Positions 1 to 10,451 of a DNA stretch of 64,000 nt are shown here, in pieces. Every line of letters starts with the position of its first letter. The stretch's first letter is position 1. Both the position numbers and the translations under genes were made by a program. Source of the stretch: an uncultured Sedimenticola sp. (lineage in GTDB: Bacteria > Pseudomonadota > Gammaproteobacteria > Chromatiales > Chromatiaceae); the NCBI GenBank assembly GCA_964544655.1, contig CAZJCM010000003.1, positions 9,317 to 73,316 on the forward strand, written 5' to 3'. The notes under the pieces are model-generated. The model was not told the origin of the DNA, did no database searches, and was given only the letters and a program-made list of their open reading frames with translations.

Positions 1-2
1 TG

Positions 3-2342
3 CACCAGCTGCCACCCGTCTCCGCCGCCGTCATCGCCTCTGGAGAGAGCCTCGCGGCGCTGCTCGCCGCCCTGTTGCTGAAGCGCATCGGCCCGCCGCA
101 CAAGCTGCTTTCCAATACTCGCAACACCCTGTCGCTGATACTCTACGGGGTGCTCGCAGCCCCGCTCGTCAGTGCACTGACCGGCGTTGCCATGCTGTTC
201 TTCAGCGCCGCTCTGGATGACGGGAACCTGCCTCACACCCTTTTCGCCTGGTGGGCGGGAGAGGCCACCGGCAGCATCCTGGTAGCCCCTTTCGTACTCG
301 CCTGGCGCACCCAGACGGCGGGTAAAGCAACCAGGCACAAGTGGGAACTGGCAGCTCTGGCAGCCACCACGCTGTTCACCGGCGCGCTGCTCTTTGGCGG
401 CATCCTGCCGGCAGCTTACCCCATATCCTACCTCCCTTTTCCCTTGCTGGCCTGGAGCATCCTGCGCTTCAAACACCGCACTGCCACCACGCTCCTGCTC
501 ACCATTTCCGCCATCGCCCTGTGGGGCACCCTCAGCGGCAACGGCCCATTCATCCTGCCAGACACGGATCACGCCATGATCCTGCTGCAGTTCTACATCG
601 CCGTCCTCTGCATCACCGCGCTGATGGTGAAAGCGGCCATCAGTGAGCGTCAGCAGATCACCTCCCGCCTGGCCCTGGCAGGCAAGGTGATCACCCATTC
701 TCCAGATGGCATCATCGTCACCGACCCCCGCGGCATCATACTCTCCGGCAATCCGGCATTCTTTCAAAATACCGGGTTTCAGAAGAGCGACATCATCGGC
801 AAGTCGATCCAGCAACTCACCTCGGTGCACCACAGCGATGACTTCTTCACCAATATCTGGCGCCAGTTACGCAGCACCGGCCATTGGGAGGGTGAGATAT
901 GGAACCGCAACAACAGTGGCGAGATACTGCCCCAGTGGCTGCATCTCACGGCGATCACCGACAGCAACCGGCACACCACCCACTATCTTGGCATCTACTC
1001 CGACGTATCCCACCAGAAACAGATCCAGGAACGGATCCACCGCCTGGCCTATTACGACATCCTCACCGGGCTGCCCAACCGCCAACTGTTCACCGACCGT
1101 CTGAACCAGGCGATCAAATACTCCGGGCGTCACAGCCGGCGGCTGGCACTGTTCCTCCTGGATCTGGACCGCTTCAAGAACATCAACGACACCCTGGGAC
1201 ACAGTATCGGCGACAAGATCCTGCAGATGACGGCAGAGCGGCTGTCGAAGTACATCCGCCAGACGGATACCCTGGCCCGCCTGGGGGGAGACGAATTCAC
1301 CATCGTGGTGCAGGACATCAACGAGGATTTCGACGCCATCCTGGTCGCGGAGAAGGTAGTGAAGGCATTCCAGGATCCGCTGAATGTGGAAGGACATGAG
1401 CTGTTCATCACCCCGAGCATCGGCATCTCCGTGTTCCCCAACGACGGCAATACCAGCGACGAGTTGACCAAGCACGCCGATACCGCCATGTACCGCGCAA
1501 AGGAACTGGGCGGCAATGGCTTTCAGTTCTTCGCCGCCGACATGAGCGACCCAGTACGCTGGAACCTGACGGTGGAGAACGCCCTCCGCCGGGCGATCGA
1601 GCAGGAGTCTATTCAGATTCTCTACCAGCCCCAGTTCGACCTGCGCAGCGGCAACATCATCGGCCTGGAGGCGTTGGCGCGCTGGCATCACAAAGGGCCG
1701 GAAGAGACACCGCCGGAGACCTTCATCAAGGTGGCGGAAGATACCGGCCTGATCCACCGCATGGGGGACCAGATCATCGAGAGCGCCTGCCGCCAGGCGG
1801 TGCAAAGGGCCAATGAGGGCTACAACAACCTGCGCGTGGCGATCAACATCTCGCCACTGCAGCTGAAGCAGGCGGATTTCCCGGAACGCCTGCGTCGTAT
1901 CATCGACAAATATGGCATCTCCCCGAAGATGATCGAACTGGAGATCACCGAGAGCAGCCTGATGGAGAACGCCGGCATCATGGAGAATCTGATCAACCTG
2001 CTCTCGGTGCAGGGATTCAAGATCGCGGTGGACGACTTCGGCACGGGCTATTCCTCCCTGAGCTATCTCAAGCGCCTGTCCATCGACAGGATCAAGATCG
2101 ACAGCTCATTCATCCAGGAGATCCCCGGCAACAACAACGACGCGGCCATCTGCCGCGCCATCATCTCCATGGCTCACAACCTGAAATTGCGGGTGATCGC
2201 CGAGGGGGTGGAAAGCGAAGCGCAGATGGAGTTCCTGCGTCAGGAGCGCTGTGACGAGGTTCAGGGCTTCATCTACAGCCAGCCGGTAGGACCATCGGAG
2301 GTGTCGGAGATGATCCGGCAGGGATACTGGCATACTGAGTAG
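3..2342 (+). CDS. Membrane PAS-GGDEF-EAL c-di-GMP signalling protein with a MASE1-like N-terminal membrane domain; 5' end cut by the window edge
   Basis: The frame is open from nt 3; the track start at 75 is a TTG inside a hydrophobic segment. PAS-like 'SPDGIIVTDPRGIILSGNPAF'. GGDEF 'LARLGGDEFTIVV'. EAL 'IGLEALARW' and 'DDFGTGYSSLSYLKRL'. Confidence 0.9.
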   Translation, partial: HQLPPVSAAVIASGESLAALLAALLLKRIGPPHKLLSNTRNTLSLILYGVLAAPLVSALTGVAMLFFSAALDDGNLPHTLFAWWAGEATGSILVAPFVLAWRTQTAGKATRHKWELAALAATTLFTGALLFGGILPAAYPISYLPFPLLAWSILRFKHRTATTLLLTISAIALWGTLSGNGPFILPDTDHAMILLQFYIAVLCITALMVKAAISERQQITSRLALAGKVITHSPDGIIVTDPRGIILSGNPAFFQNTGFQKSDIIGKSIQQLTSVHHSDDFFTNIWRQLRSTGHWEGEIWNRNNSGEILPQWLHLTAITDSNRHTTHYLGIYSDVSHQKQIQERIHRLAYYDILTGLPNRQLFTDRLNQAIKYSGRHSRRLALFLLDLDRFKNINDTLGHSIGDKILQMTAERLSKYIRQTDTLARLGGDEFTIVVQDINEDFDAILVAEKVVKAFQDPLNVEGHELFITPSIGISVFPNDGNTSDELTKHADTAMYRAKELGGNGFQFFAADMSDPVRWNLTVENALRRAIEQESIQILYQPQFDLRSGNIIGLEALARWHHKGPEETPPETFIKVAEDTGLIHRMGDQIIESACRQAVQRANEGYNNLRVAINISPLQLKQADFPERLRRIIDKYGISPKMIELEITESSLMENAGIMENLINLLSVQGFKIAVDDFGTGYSSLSYLKRLSIDRIKIDSSFIQEIPGNNNDAAICRAIISMAHNLKLRVIAEGVESEAQMEFLRQERCDEVQGFIYSQPVGPSEVSEMIRQGYWHTE

Positions 2343-2371
2343 GCACCAGGCAGGAGATCAGCCCTGATAGC

Positions 2372-4273
2372 TCATTCCTCGAAGTAGGTGTAACCATGCA
2401 GCCCTGCGTCCAGCTCCTGGAACAAGGCCGCAGCCTCCTCCTCGCCAAGACCCGCCTGCGCCAGTTTGTCACGGTAGGCGTCCTGCAGCGCTTCCGGGGA
2501 GAAGTGGACATAGCGCAGCAGCTCGTCCACTGAATCGCCCCGCTCTATTTCGCTCAGGTAATAGCCACCCTTGCCATCCAGCCTCACGTTGACTGTATCC
2601 GTGTCGCCGAACAGGTTATGCATATCCCCCAGTATCTCCTGGTAGGCGCCAACCAGGAACATCCCCAGCAGGTAGGGCTCACCCGGCCGGAGATCGTGCA
2701 CCCGCAGGCTGTGCTCGATGCCGTCATGCTCCACATAGCTCTGCAGGCAGCCATCGGAGTCACAGGTCAGGTCGTGCAGTACGGCGCTGTGACAGGGCGC
2801 CTCCAGCAGCCGGTGCAACGGCATTACCGGGAAGACCTGATCGATGGCCCAGGCATCCGGCAGCGACTGGAACAGGGAGAAGTTGCAATAGAGGCGATCC
2901 GCCAGCCGCTCATGCAGGCGATCGAGCAGCGCCCGGTGACGCCGTGACTCCGGCCGCAGCCGGGGCAGCAGGCGCCGGCACACCTGGACAAAGGCCGCCT
3001 CCGCCAGCGCGCGCTGCTCCAGATCGAGCCGCCCCTGCTCGAACATCTCCTGTACCTCCTCCAGTGCGTGCAGACTCTCCTGGTACACCTCGGAGGGGGA
3101 GTCATCCAGCGCCCGCTGCAGCTCCCGGCCAAGCTGTCTCAACGGATCCGGCTGATCGGCGCCGATCTCCAGCCCGCCATCGTCCTGGGCCACGGGGTCA
3201 CATTCGATGACATTCGTGATCAGCACCGCATGGTGGGCGGTCATGGCCCGGCCCGACTCGGTGCAGAGGTGCGGATGGGGTAACGAACGCTCCTGGCAGA
3301 TGCCCTTGAACGCCTTCACCACCTCCCGGGCGTAACTCTCCAGATTGTAATTTATGGAGCAGAAATGGCGGGTGCCGGTGCCTTCATAGTCCACCCCCAG
3401 CCCGCCACCCACGTCGACGATACGGATATCCGCTCCCAGGCGGCGCAACTCGCCATAGAAACGGGCCGCCTCCGCCATCCCCCGCCGGATGTCGCGCAGG
3501 TTGGGGATCTGCGAGCCGATGTGAGAGTGCAGAAGCTGCAGGCAGTCGAGGCGGCCGGCCTGGCGCAGCCGGTCGACCAGCTGTAACAACTGGCCAGCGG
3601 TAAGGCCGAACTTGGCTTTCTCACCGCCGGAGTTCTGCCATTTGCCGGCAGCGGACGAGGAGAGCCGGATCCGCACCCCCAGCAGAGGAGAGACTCCCAT
3701 AGCGGCCGCCTCATGCAGGATCAGAGAGAGCTCGGAGAGTTTCTCGATCACCAGGTAGACCCGGCATCCCATGCGCTGCCCGATCAGGGCCAGACGCACA
3801 TACTCCCGATCTTTATAGCCGTTGCAGACGATCATCCCGCCAACCGGCGAGTGTGCCAGCACCGCCATCAGTTCCGGTTTGCTGCCCGCTTCCAGCCCCA
3901 CACAGGCCCCACCGCCGGCCAGGATCTCATCGACCACGGTGCGCTGCTGATTCACCTTCACCGGATAGAGGGCGGTATAGCCCCCCTGGTACGCCAGCTC
4001 CTGCCGGGCGCTGGCGAAGGCGCGGCACAGCACGCGCACACGGTCGTGCAGAATGTCGACGAAGCGGACCAGTACCGGCCAGGCCAGGCCGGCGGCCTTC
4101 AGCTCATGGGCCAGCCGGTGCAGGTCGATCCGCACCGGAATTTGAGGATCAGGACGCACCTGCAGGCACCCCTGGGGACCGACCTCGAAATAGCCCTCGC
4201 CCCAGCGCTGCACTGCATAGTCCTGGGGTATGGTGCCGGGCTCACCATCACCATTGGGTGGATGTCTGTTCAT
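2372..4273 (-). CDS. speA: Biosynthetic arginine decarboxylase
   Basis: Collinear with E. coli SpeA as I recall it: 'YPVKVNQQRTVV', 'GLEAGSKPELMAVLAH', 'VCNGYKDREYVRLALIG', 'GGEKAKFGL', C-terminal 'GLHGYTYFEE'. Start chosen at 'MNRHPPNG'; an upstream ATG at 4324 is possible. Confidence 0.93.
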   Translation of the reverse strand: MNRHPPNGDGEPGTIPQDYAVQRWGEGYFEVGPQGCLQVRPDPQIPVRIDLHRLAHELKAAGLAWPVLVRFVDILHDRVRVLCRAFASARQELAYQGGYTALYPVKVNQQRTVVDEILAGGGACVGLEAGSKPELMAVLAHSPVGGMIVCNGYKDREYVRLALIGQRMGCRVYLVIEKLSELSLILHEAAAMGVSPLLGVRIRLSSSAAGKWQNSGGEKAKFGLTAGQLLQLVDRLRQAGRLDCLQLLHSHIGSQIPNLRDIRRGMAEAARFYGELRRLGADIRIVDVGGGLGVDYEGTGTRHFCSINYNLESYAREVVKAFKGICQERSLPHPHLCTESGRAMTAHHAVLITNVIECDPVAQDDGGLEIGADQPDPLRQLGRELQRALDDSPSEVYQESLHALEEVQEMFEQGRLDLEQRALAEAAFVQVCRRLLPRLRPESRRHRALLDRLHERLADRLYCNFSLFQSLPDAWAIDQVFPVMPLHRLLEAPCHSAVLHDLTCDSDGCLQSYVEHDGIEHSLRVHDLRPGEPYLLGMFLVGAYQEILGDMHNLFGDTDTVNVRLDGKGGYYLSEIERGDSVDELLRYVHFSPEALQDAYRDKLAQAGLGEEEAAALFQELDAGLHGYTYFEE

Positions 4274-4372
4274 AACGGGGATTATGCGGCAATCAACGGC
4301 AACAGGAAAACCTGTTGCCTGCATGCTGAAGGTTGTTTATCGTGCCCCATGTCCCGTACAGGAGCCCGACAG

Positions 4373-5224
4373 ATGACACTGGATGAAAACTGGTTTACCG
4401 AACCCTGTGATGAGGCCGGCACCGCCTTCTCCCTGCGCATCAACGGCCTGCTGCATACCGAGCAGACCCCATTCCAGAAGATAGATATCTACGACACTAC
4501 CGATTTCGGCAAGCTGATGGTGATCGACGGTTTCATCATGCTCAGCAGCCGGGACAACTTCCTCTACCACGAGATGATGGCCCACCCGGTGCTCTATACC
4601 CACCCCTCACCCAAGCGGGTCGCCATCATAGGCGGCGGCGACTGTGGCACCCTGCGTGAGGTGCTGCGTCACCCCGAAGTGGAGCAGGTCACTCAGATCG
4701 ACATCGATGAGCGGGTCACCCGGCTGGCGGAGATCTATTTTCCGGAGCTGTGCAAATCCAACCAGGATCCGCGGGCGGAACTGCTGTTCGTCGACGGCAT
4801 CCGCTGGATGGAGCAGGCTGCCCCAGGCAGCCTGGATGTCATTATCGTCGACAGCACCGACCCCATCGGCCCCGGGGAGATACTCTTTTCCGAGGCCTTC
4901 TACCGCGCCTGCCGGGAAGCCTTGGGAGAAGACGGGCTGCTGGTGCAACAGAGTGAATCCCCTCTGTTGCACCAGGAGATACTGCAGCGTATGTACCGGG
5001 ACATGAAGGCCGCGGGCCTGCAGCAACGCCGCAGTCTGTTCTTTCCACAACCGGTGTATCCCTCAGGCTGGTGGAGCGCCACGCTGGCGCGCAAGGCGGA
5101 ACCGATCAGCGGCTTCCGTGAACAGGATGTGCTGGAGCGCAACTTCACCACCCGCTATTACAACGCGGAGATCCATCGGGCCGCCTTCGCGGCACCGGAA
5201 TTCTTCCTGTCGCTGCTGCGGTAA
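4373..5224 (+). CDS. speE: Spermidine synthase
   Basis: Only the 3' part of track ORF 3713-5224 is real. 'WFTE...FSLRINGLLHTEQTPFQKIDIYDT..FGKLMVIDG', 'VAIIGGGDCGTLREVLRH', 'IIVDSTDPIGPGE'. GGAG sits 8 nt before the ATG at 4373; an alternative ATG is at 4349. Divergent from speA. Confidence 0.92.
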   Translation: MTLDENWFTEPCDEAGTAFSLRINGLLHTEQTPFQKIDIYDTTDFGKLMVIDGFIMLSSRDNFLYHEMMAHPVLYTHPSPKRVAIIGGGDCGTLREVLRHPEVEQVTQIDIDERVTRLAEIYFPELCKSNQDPRAELLFVDGIRWMEQAAPGSLDVIIVDSTDPIGPGEILFSEAFYRACREALGEDGLLVQQSESPLLHQEILQRMYRDMKAAGLQQRRSLFFPQPVYPSGWWSATLARKAEPISGFREQDVLERNFTTRYYNAEIHRAAFAAPEFFLSLLR

Positions 5225-5315
5225 CCGCAGCCTCCCACCCGGCCGCTGCCTGAACAGGCCGATCGGGCGACCCCGCCCCTGGCCCGACAGACAGCCATCC
5301 GGGGCGGCGTTGGCA

Positions 5316-5774
5316 TCAATCACACAGGCGCGCCGCATTGTCACGCGCAGCGGCAATCAGCTGACGCCGCTCGGCGGGAGAGAGATAGCGCCGCTCCCCG
5401 TTTGGCAGATCCCGGTAGAGCAGTGCCAGGGTTTCATAACGCTGCAGCCGTTTTCTCGCCTCGGTGCATTTGGTTTCGTGGGCCTTGAGTTCCGCCGCAC
5501 GCCGCTCCCGGGCCGCTTGCTGCGCCCGGCGGTCCGCCTGAAAACTCTGCAACAGCTTCCGCTGACGCGCCCGGCGCTCTGCATCCAGCCGCTGCTGATC
5601 CGGGGCGGGGGCAGACGCTGCTTCATTCGGTATATCCAGCGCCTGTCCACCTTCCTGTGGGGGATGGTCGCCAAAGTGGACCTTGCTCTGGGCATCCACC
5701 CAGCGGTATGCACCGGCAACGGCACTGCCAGCCATCAGCAGCAACAGAAAAGATATTATCGTGCAACGTTTCAT
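5316..5774 (-). CDS. Secreted DUF4124-like protein
   Basis: Signal peptide 'MKRCTIISFLLLLMAGSAVAGA' followed by 'YRWVDAQSKVHFGDHPP', then an Arg/Gln/Ala-rich helical tail. Confidence 0.7.
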   Translation of the reverse strand: MKRCTIISFLLLLMAGSAVAGAYRWVDAQSKVHFGDHPPQEGGQALDIPNEAASAPAPDQQRLDAERRARQRKLLQSFQADRRAQQAARERRAAELKAHETKCTEARKRLQRYETLALLYRDLPNGERRYLSPAERRQLIAAARDNAARLCD

Positions 5775-5903
5775 GATCGCAGTTCCCTCCGCCGATCATT
5801 GAATGATCTCTGGTATGGCGATTGGGCAGGGCTGACCGCTGACCCGGACGACCGAGTGCAATCACCGATCGCGTGGCCGGCAATGGCCCGGGGCCCATTC
5901 ACC

Positions 5904-7730
5904 TCATTCAAAATGGAGCGTCCACTGGTTGCTACCGCCCCGGTTGTCTGCACTGCAGACCCGATTGCGGCCCAAATTCTTCGCCCGGTAGAGGGCCAGA
6001 TCCGCACGTTCGATGAAACCGGGGATGGACTCTCCCACCTGGCGGACCGCCGTGCCGATGCTGACACTGACGCGCAGGCCGGGGAGCCGGCCCGGAGACT
6101 GGATGGCCGCCACCTTCTGCCGCAGGCGCTCGGCGAAGGAATGGATTTCCGTCGCCGGCTCCCCCACTACGATGACACCAAACTCCTCACCACCGATGCG
6201 TACCGGCAGATCCCCCGCCCGCGCATCCGCCTTGATGATACCAGCCACCTCCCGCAACACCTGGTCGCCCCGCGAATGTCCATAGCGATCATTGATCGCC
6301 TTGAAGTGATCGATGTCCAGCATCGCCATGGCCACCGGCGTTCCACCACTGCGATCATGGATCTCGAACAGCCGGCGCAGGGTATCCTCCATATAAAAAC
6401 GGGTGAACAGCCCCGTCAAGGCGTCACGGATCGAGCGTTCGTAGAAGCGCTGGCGTTCCAGTTCGATACGACGATAGATGGTCTCCCGCTCCACCGCCAC
6501 GCCAAGCGCCGCGGACATCTGCTCCAGCATGCGGCAGATATCGTCGTCCAGCAGGATCTGTTCACGCAGGGTGATCAGCGCGACGCCATGGATGTGCGCC
6601 TCATCCCCGGCGAACAGCGGCAACAACAGCTGGTCACGGCCGCCGCCATCCTCCGTCGCCCAACGTTCCAGGCTGAAGCAGTGGCGGTGCCGCGCCTCCC
6701 AGGCCGCCCGCGGCATGCCGAGCAGGGCGGAGACATGGGCGGCCGGAGAGGCCAGCAACACACCGCGAAAACGACTCTCCCGGGTCAGCTGCAGAACCCC
6801 CTCATTCTCCAGCAGCACCTGAAACTCCAGCGACTCGGCCGGCAGCATCCGCTGCAGGATCACCAGCAGGCGATTGGCAATCTCACGGAAATCCCGGGAC
6901 ACCACCATGGTGGAGGTGATCTCCTGCAGGGAGTCATTGAGGCGGGAGAGGCGCTGTATGTCATTACCTTCCCGCGCCATCAGATAGAGACCGCACTCCA
7001 ACTCCTTCAGCTTGCCGATGACGTAGGCCGCCAGCTGCTCCGGTATCAGTGCCCCGCATTGAGGGGCAATCAGGTCGAGCGGCCGGTTATCGATATGCCG
7101 CAGGGCATAGGTGAGCACCTCCCGGCTGGCGATATACTGTTCATGCCAGGGACGTATCGCCTCGAAGCAACTCTCATCCTGGGCAAACAGCCCCGGTACG
7201 GTGGAGCCACCGCCAAACAGATGGCTGGAAAACAGCACCCGGCTGGTACTGTCGTAGCTGCAAAAGGCCCCCGGGAAGCAGACATAGGGGGTAGAGATGA
7301 AATTGAGCGTACGGTCTTCCAGCACCAGCTGCCAGTCATGCTCGTCCACCAGCCAGAACGGGATACGCAGGCCGTAATGCCCGATCACCGTCTCGGCCCG
7401 CCGATGACAGACGAGGCGGGCGTCTTCACGACTGAGCAGTTGATCGATCAGGGGCAGACAGCTGGTGACATCCGGATCCGGATGGTGACAGACGAACCAG
7501 CGGATGTGGCTGAAGGGCAGCACCTGTTCGATCTTGCGCCGCGTATGGTCAAAGCCGGTTGCGGAACCTGGATCGATCAGCACCGACTGATCGCCTTGCT
7601 CGATCAGGTAGGCGTGCGACTGTAACCGGTCGTCCGGCAGCCCGCCTCCGACCCACCAGACGCGGTCCGCCAGCTGCACGGCATCCAGCATCTCCTCTGC
7701 GGCCCTATTCGAGCAATTCTCGTTTCTCAT
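5904..7730 (-). CDS. Diguanylate cyclase with an N-terminal metallo-beta-lactamase/di-iron-like sensor domain and a central GAF-like region
   Basis: C-terminal GGDEF domain ('LTGLFTRFYMED', 'RIGGEEFGVIVV', 'RADLALYRAKNLGRNRV'). The N-terminal part 'VWWVGGG...HAYLIEQGDQSVLIDPGS...WFVCHHPDPDV' looks like an MBL fold. Start is ambiguous: ATG at 7730 overlaps the upstream gene by 26 nt, ATG at 7691 is the alternative, and the track start at 7883 is unlikely. Confidence 0.85.
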   Translation of the reverse strand: MRNENCSNRAAEEMLDAVQLADRVWWVGGGLPDDRLQSHAYLIEQGDQSVLIDPGSATGFDHTRRKIEQVLPFSHIRWFVCHHPDPDVTSCLPLIDQLLSREDARLVCHRRAETVIGHYGLRIPFWLVDEHDWQLVLEDRTLNFISTPYVCFPGAFCSYDSTSRVLFSSHLFGGGSTVPGLFAQDESCFEAIRPWHEQYIASREVLTYALRHIDNRPLDLIAPQCGALIPEQLAAYVIGKLKELECGLYLMAREGNDIQRLSRLNDSLQEITSTMVVSRDFREIANRLLVILQRMLPAESLEFQVLLENEGVLQLTRESRFRGVLLASPAAHVSALLGMPRAAWEARHRHCFSLERWATEDGGGRDQLLLPLFAGDEAHIHGVALITLREQILLDDDICRMLEQMSAALGVAVERETIYRRIELERQRFYERSIRDALTGLFTRFYMEDTLRRLFEIHDRSGGTPVAMAMLDIDHFKAINDRYGHSRGDQVLREVAGIIKADARAGDLPVRIGGEEFGVIVVGEPATEIHSFAERLRQKVAAIQSPGRLPGLRVSVSIGTAVRQVGESIPGFIERADLALYRAKNLGRNRVCSADNRGGSNQWTLHFE

Positions 7731-8370
7731 CCCGGCTGACCTGTCCCTTGGGCTGCAGGCGAGAGAAGTCTCCATGACAAACCCGGTTACGCCCTTCTGC
7801 CTTGGCCTGATAGAGGAAGCCATCGGCTCGTTCGACCAGTGCCTCGACAGTAAGATCATCCTCCGGCATGCAGAGATCTGCACCCATACTGACCGTAACC
7901 CGTATCTCCTGCCCTTCGAATGGAATCACACTCCCGGCGATGGCCTGCCGTACACGCTCGGCTGCATTCACCGCCCGGGGCAGCGGGGTCGCCGGCATGA
8001 TCAGGGCGAACTCCTCGCCACCATATCTGCAGGGGATATCCACCCGGCGCAGCAGCTTCTTCATCAGCCCGGCACAGTGCTGCAGGATGCGGTTGCCCGC
8101 CTCATGCCCCCAGTCGTCATTGACCTGTTTGAAGTGATCCAGATCCAGCATCACCAGGGAGAGGGGCTGCCCAGTCCGCCGGGTGCGCGCTATCTCCCGC
8201 TCCATGGCCAACAGAAAATGCCGATAGTTGTACAGACCGGTGAGCTCGTCGACATGGACCAGCCGGGCCAGCGTCGTCGCCTCGGCGCGCGCCTGTTGCA
8301 GCTCATCCAGGAGCGGACAAACGGGCTCGCCAACCGGGCAGGAGGGTCTTTCTGTATCGGGGGATTCCAT
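7705..8370 (-). CDS. Short stand-alone diguanylate cyclase (GGDEF)
   Basis: 'LTGLYNYRHFLLAMEREI', 'LVMLDLDHFKQVNDDWGH', 'RYGGEEFALIM', 'RADGFLYQAKAEGRNRV'. About 45 aa N-terminal segment with 'CPVGEPVCP'. Confidence 0.88.
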   Translation of the reverse strand: MESPDTERPSCPVGEPVCPLLDELQQARAEATTLARLVHVDELTGLYNYRHFLLAMEREIARTRRTGQPLSLVMLDLDHFKQVNDDWGHEAGNRILQHCAGLMKKLLRRVDIPCRYGGEEFALIMPATPLPRAVNAAERVRQAIAGSVIPFEGQEIRVTVSMGADLCMPEDDLTVEALVERADGFLYQAKAEGRNRVCHGDFSRLQPKGQVSRDEKRELLE

Positions 8371-8443
8371 TATCCCGGCAGATTACCGGGAGCAGAGAAA
8401 ACTCTCAACAACCGGCAGACATTCTCTCCATTTCCTTGCCGGC

Positions 8444-8468
8444 AAAAAAACGGGCGCCGAAGCGCCCG
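8444..8468 (-). terminator. Rho-independent terminator of glnK-amtB
   Basis: On the minus strand: CGGGCGC-UUCG-GCGCCCG followed by U7, starting 24 nt after the amtB stop. Confidence 0.85.
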
Positions 8469-8491
8469 CTTTCCCAGAGACGATGTCGCTG

Positions 8492-9796
8492 TTACATACC
8501 GGAGCCGCGGGAACCCACAAACTCTGGATAGGCCTCCATGCCGCATTCGCCGATATCGACGCCCTCGTACTCCTCCTCCTCGCTGACCCGGATGCCCATC
8601 ACCATCTTGATGACCAGCCAGACCACGAAGCTGACCGCGAAGACCCAGATGAAGATGGTGGCCATACCGACGAACTGGCCGAGGAAGCTGGCACCGTCAT
8701 TGGTCAGGGGCACCGCCATCAGGCCCCAGATGCCGACCACGCCATGTACCGAAATGGCACCGACCGGGTCGTCTATCTTCAGCTTGTCAAGGGTGATGAT
8801 GGAGAGCACCACCAGCGCACCACCGGCGGCTCCAATCAGGGTCGCCATCAGCGGCGACGGTGTGGATGGTTCGGCGGTAATCGCCACCAGGCCGGCCAGC
8901 GCGCCATTGAGCACCATGCTCAGATCGGCCTTGCCGAACAGCATGCGGGCAACAAGCAGGGCGGCTACCACGCCACCGGCAGCGGCAGCGTTGGTGTTCA
9001 GGAAGACCATGGCAACAGAATTGGCGCTGGCCGCATCGCCGAGCTTCAGTACCGAACCGCCGTTGAAACCGAACCAGCCCATCCACAGGATGAAGGTACC
9101 CAGGGTGGCCATGGGCATGTTGGCACCCGGGATCGGGCGGATCTCACCATTCGGGCCATATTTACCCTTGCGGGCGCCGAGCAACAGCACACCGGCCAGT
9201 GCCGCACTGGCGCCTGCCAGGTGGACGATGCCGGAGCCGGCAAAGTCGGAGAAGCCGAAGTCATCCCCCAGGCTGAACATACCGAAGACGGACTTGCCGC
9301 CCCAGGTCCAGGCACCCTCCATCGGGTAGATGAAGGCGGTCATCACCACTGCAAACAGCAGGAAGGCCCACAGCTTCATGCGCTCGGCCACTGCACCGGA
9401 GACGATCGACATCGCGGTGGCGACGAATACCACCTGAAAGAAGAAGTCAGAGGCGTTGGAGTAGACCGAATCACCGCCAAAACCGGCCTCGGCAGACTCC
9501 TTCAACACCGCTGCGGTCAGCGCATCGGCACTGACGGCACCGTCCAGCGCGATGTCGGCGAGGAACAGCCCGCCGTCGTACATCAGATCGTAACCGACCA
9601 CCAGATATGCGGTACAGGCGATCGCAAACAGCACCACATTCTTGGTCAGGATCTCGGTGGTGTTCTTGGCCCGCACCAGCCCCGCCTCAAGCATGGCGAA
9701 ACCAGCCGCCATCCACATCACCAACGCACCCATCACCAGAAAGTAGAAGGTGTCAATGGCGTACTGCAGTTCGAAGATATTGTTTTCCACTGTCAT
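8492..9796 (-). CDS. amtB: Ammonium transporter
   Basis: Multi-TM protein. 'FYFLVMGALVMWMAAGFAMLEAGLVRAKN', 'AGSGIVHLAGASAALAG', 'VHGVVGIWGL'. Immediately downstream of glnK. Confidence 0.95.
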   Translation of the reverse strand: MTVENNIFELQYAIDTFYFLVMGALVMWMAAGFAMLEAGLVRAKNTTEILTKNVVLFAIACTAYLVVGYDLMYDGGLFLADIALDGAVSADALTAAVLKESAEAGFGGDSVYSNASDFFFQVVFVATAMSIVSGAVAERMKLWAFLLFAVVMTAFIYPMEGAWTWGGKSVFGMFSLGDDFGFSDFAGSGIVHLAGASAALAGVLLLGARKGKYGPNGEIRPIPGANMPMATLGTFILWMGWFGFNGGSVLKLGDAASANSVAMVFLNTNAAAAGGVVAALLVARMLFGKADLSMVLNGALAGLVAITAEPSTPSPLMATLIGAAGGALVVLSIITLDKLKIDDPVGAISVHGVVGIWGLMAVPLTNDGASFLGQFVGMATIFIWVFAVSFVVWLVIKMVMGIRVSEEEEYEGVDIGECGMEAYPEFVGSRGSGM

Positions 9797-9811
9797 TGCC
9801 CTCGTTCTGGA

Positions 9812-10285
<474 letters not shown>

Positions 10286-10451
10286 TCAGCATGTTGCCCA
10301 GATGAAAAAGAGATTCAAAAAACGCGCTGCACCAAATTGGACGCGCCTTGCCCAATGCACCGGGCAGCAACGCACCAAAACAGCGCATGACATAGCAACC
10401 CACGACTCATCCAGGCTGGACAAGCCGCCATTGCCCCGTTAAGGTGCGCCT

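Noticed and set aside
3713-4348. 5' two-thirds of track ORF 3713-5224
   Set aside because: This part is antisense to speA. Only the segment from 4349/4373 onward matches spermidine synthase.
5118-7625. 835-aa plus-strand ORF
   Set aside because: It is antisense to the DUF4124 gene and the MBL-GAF-GGDEF gene, both of which carry clear motifs. The translation is R/Q/H/G/P-rich with no recognisable domain.
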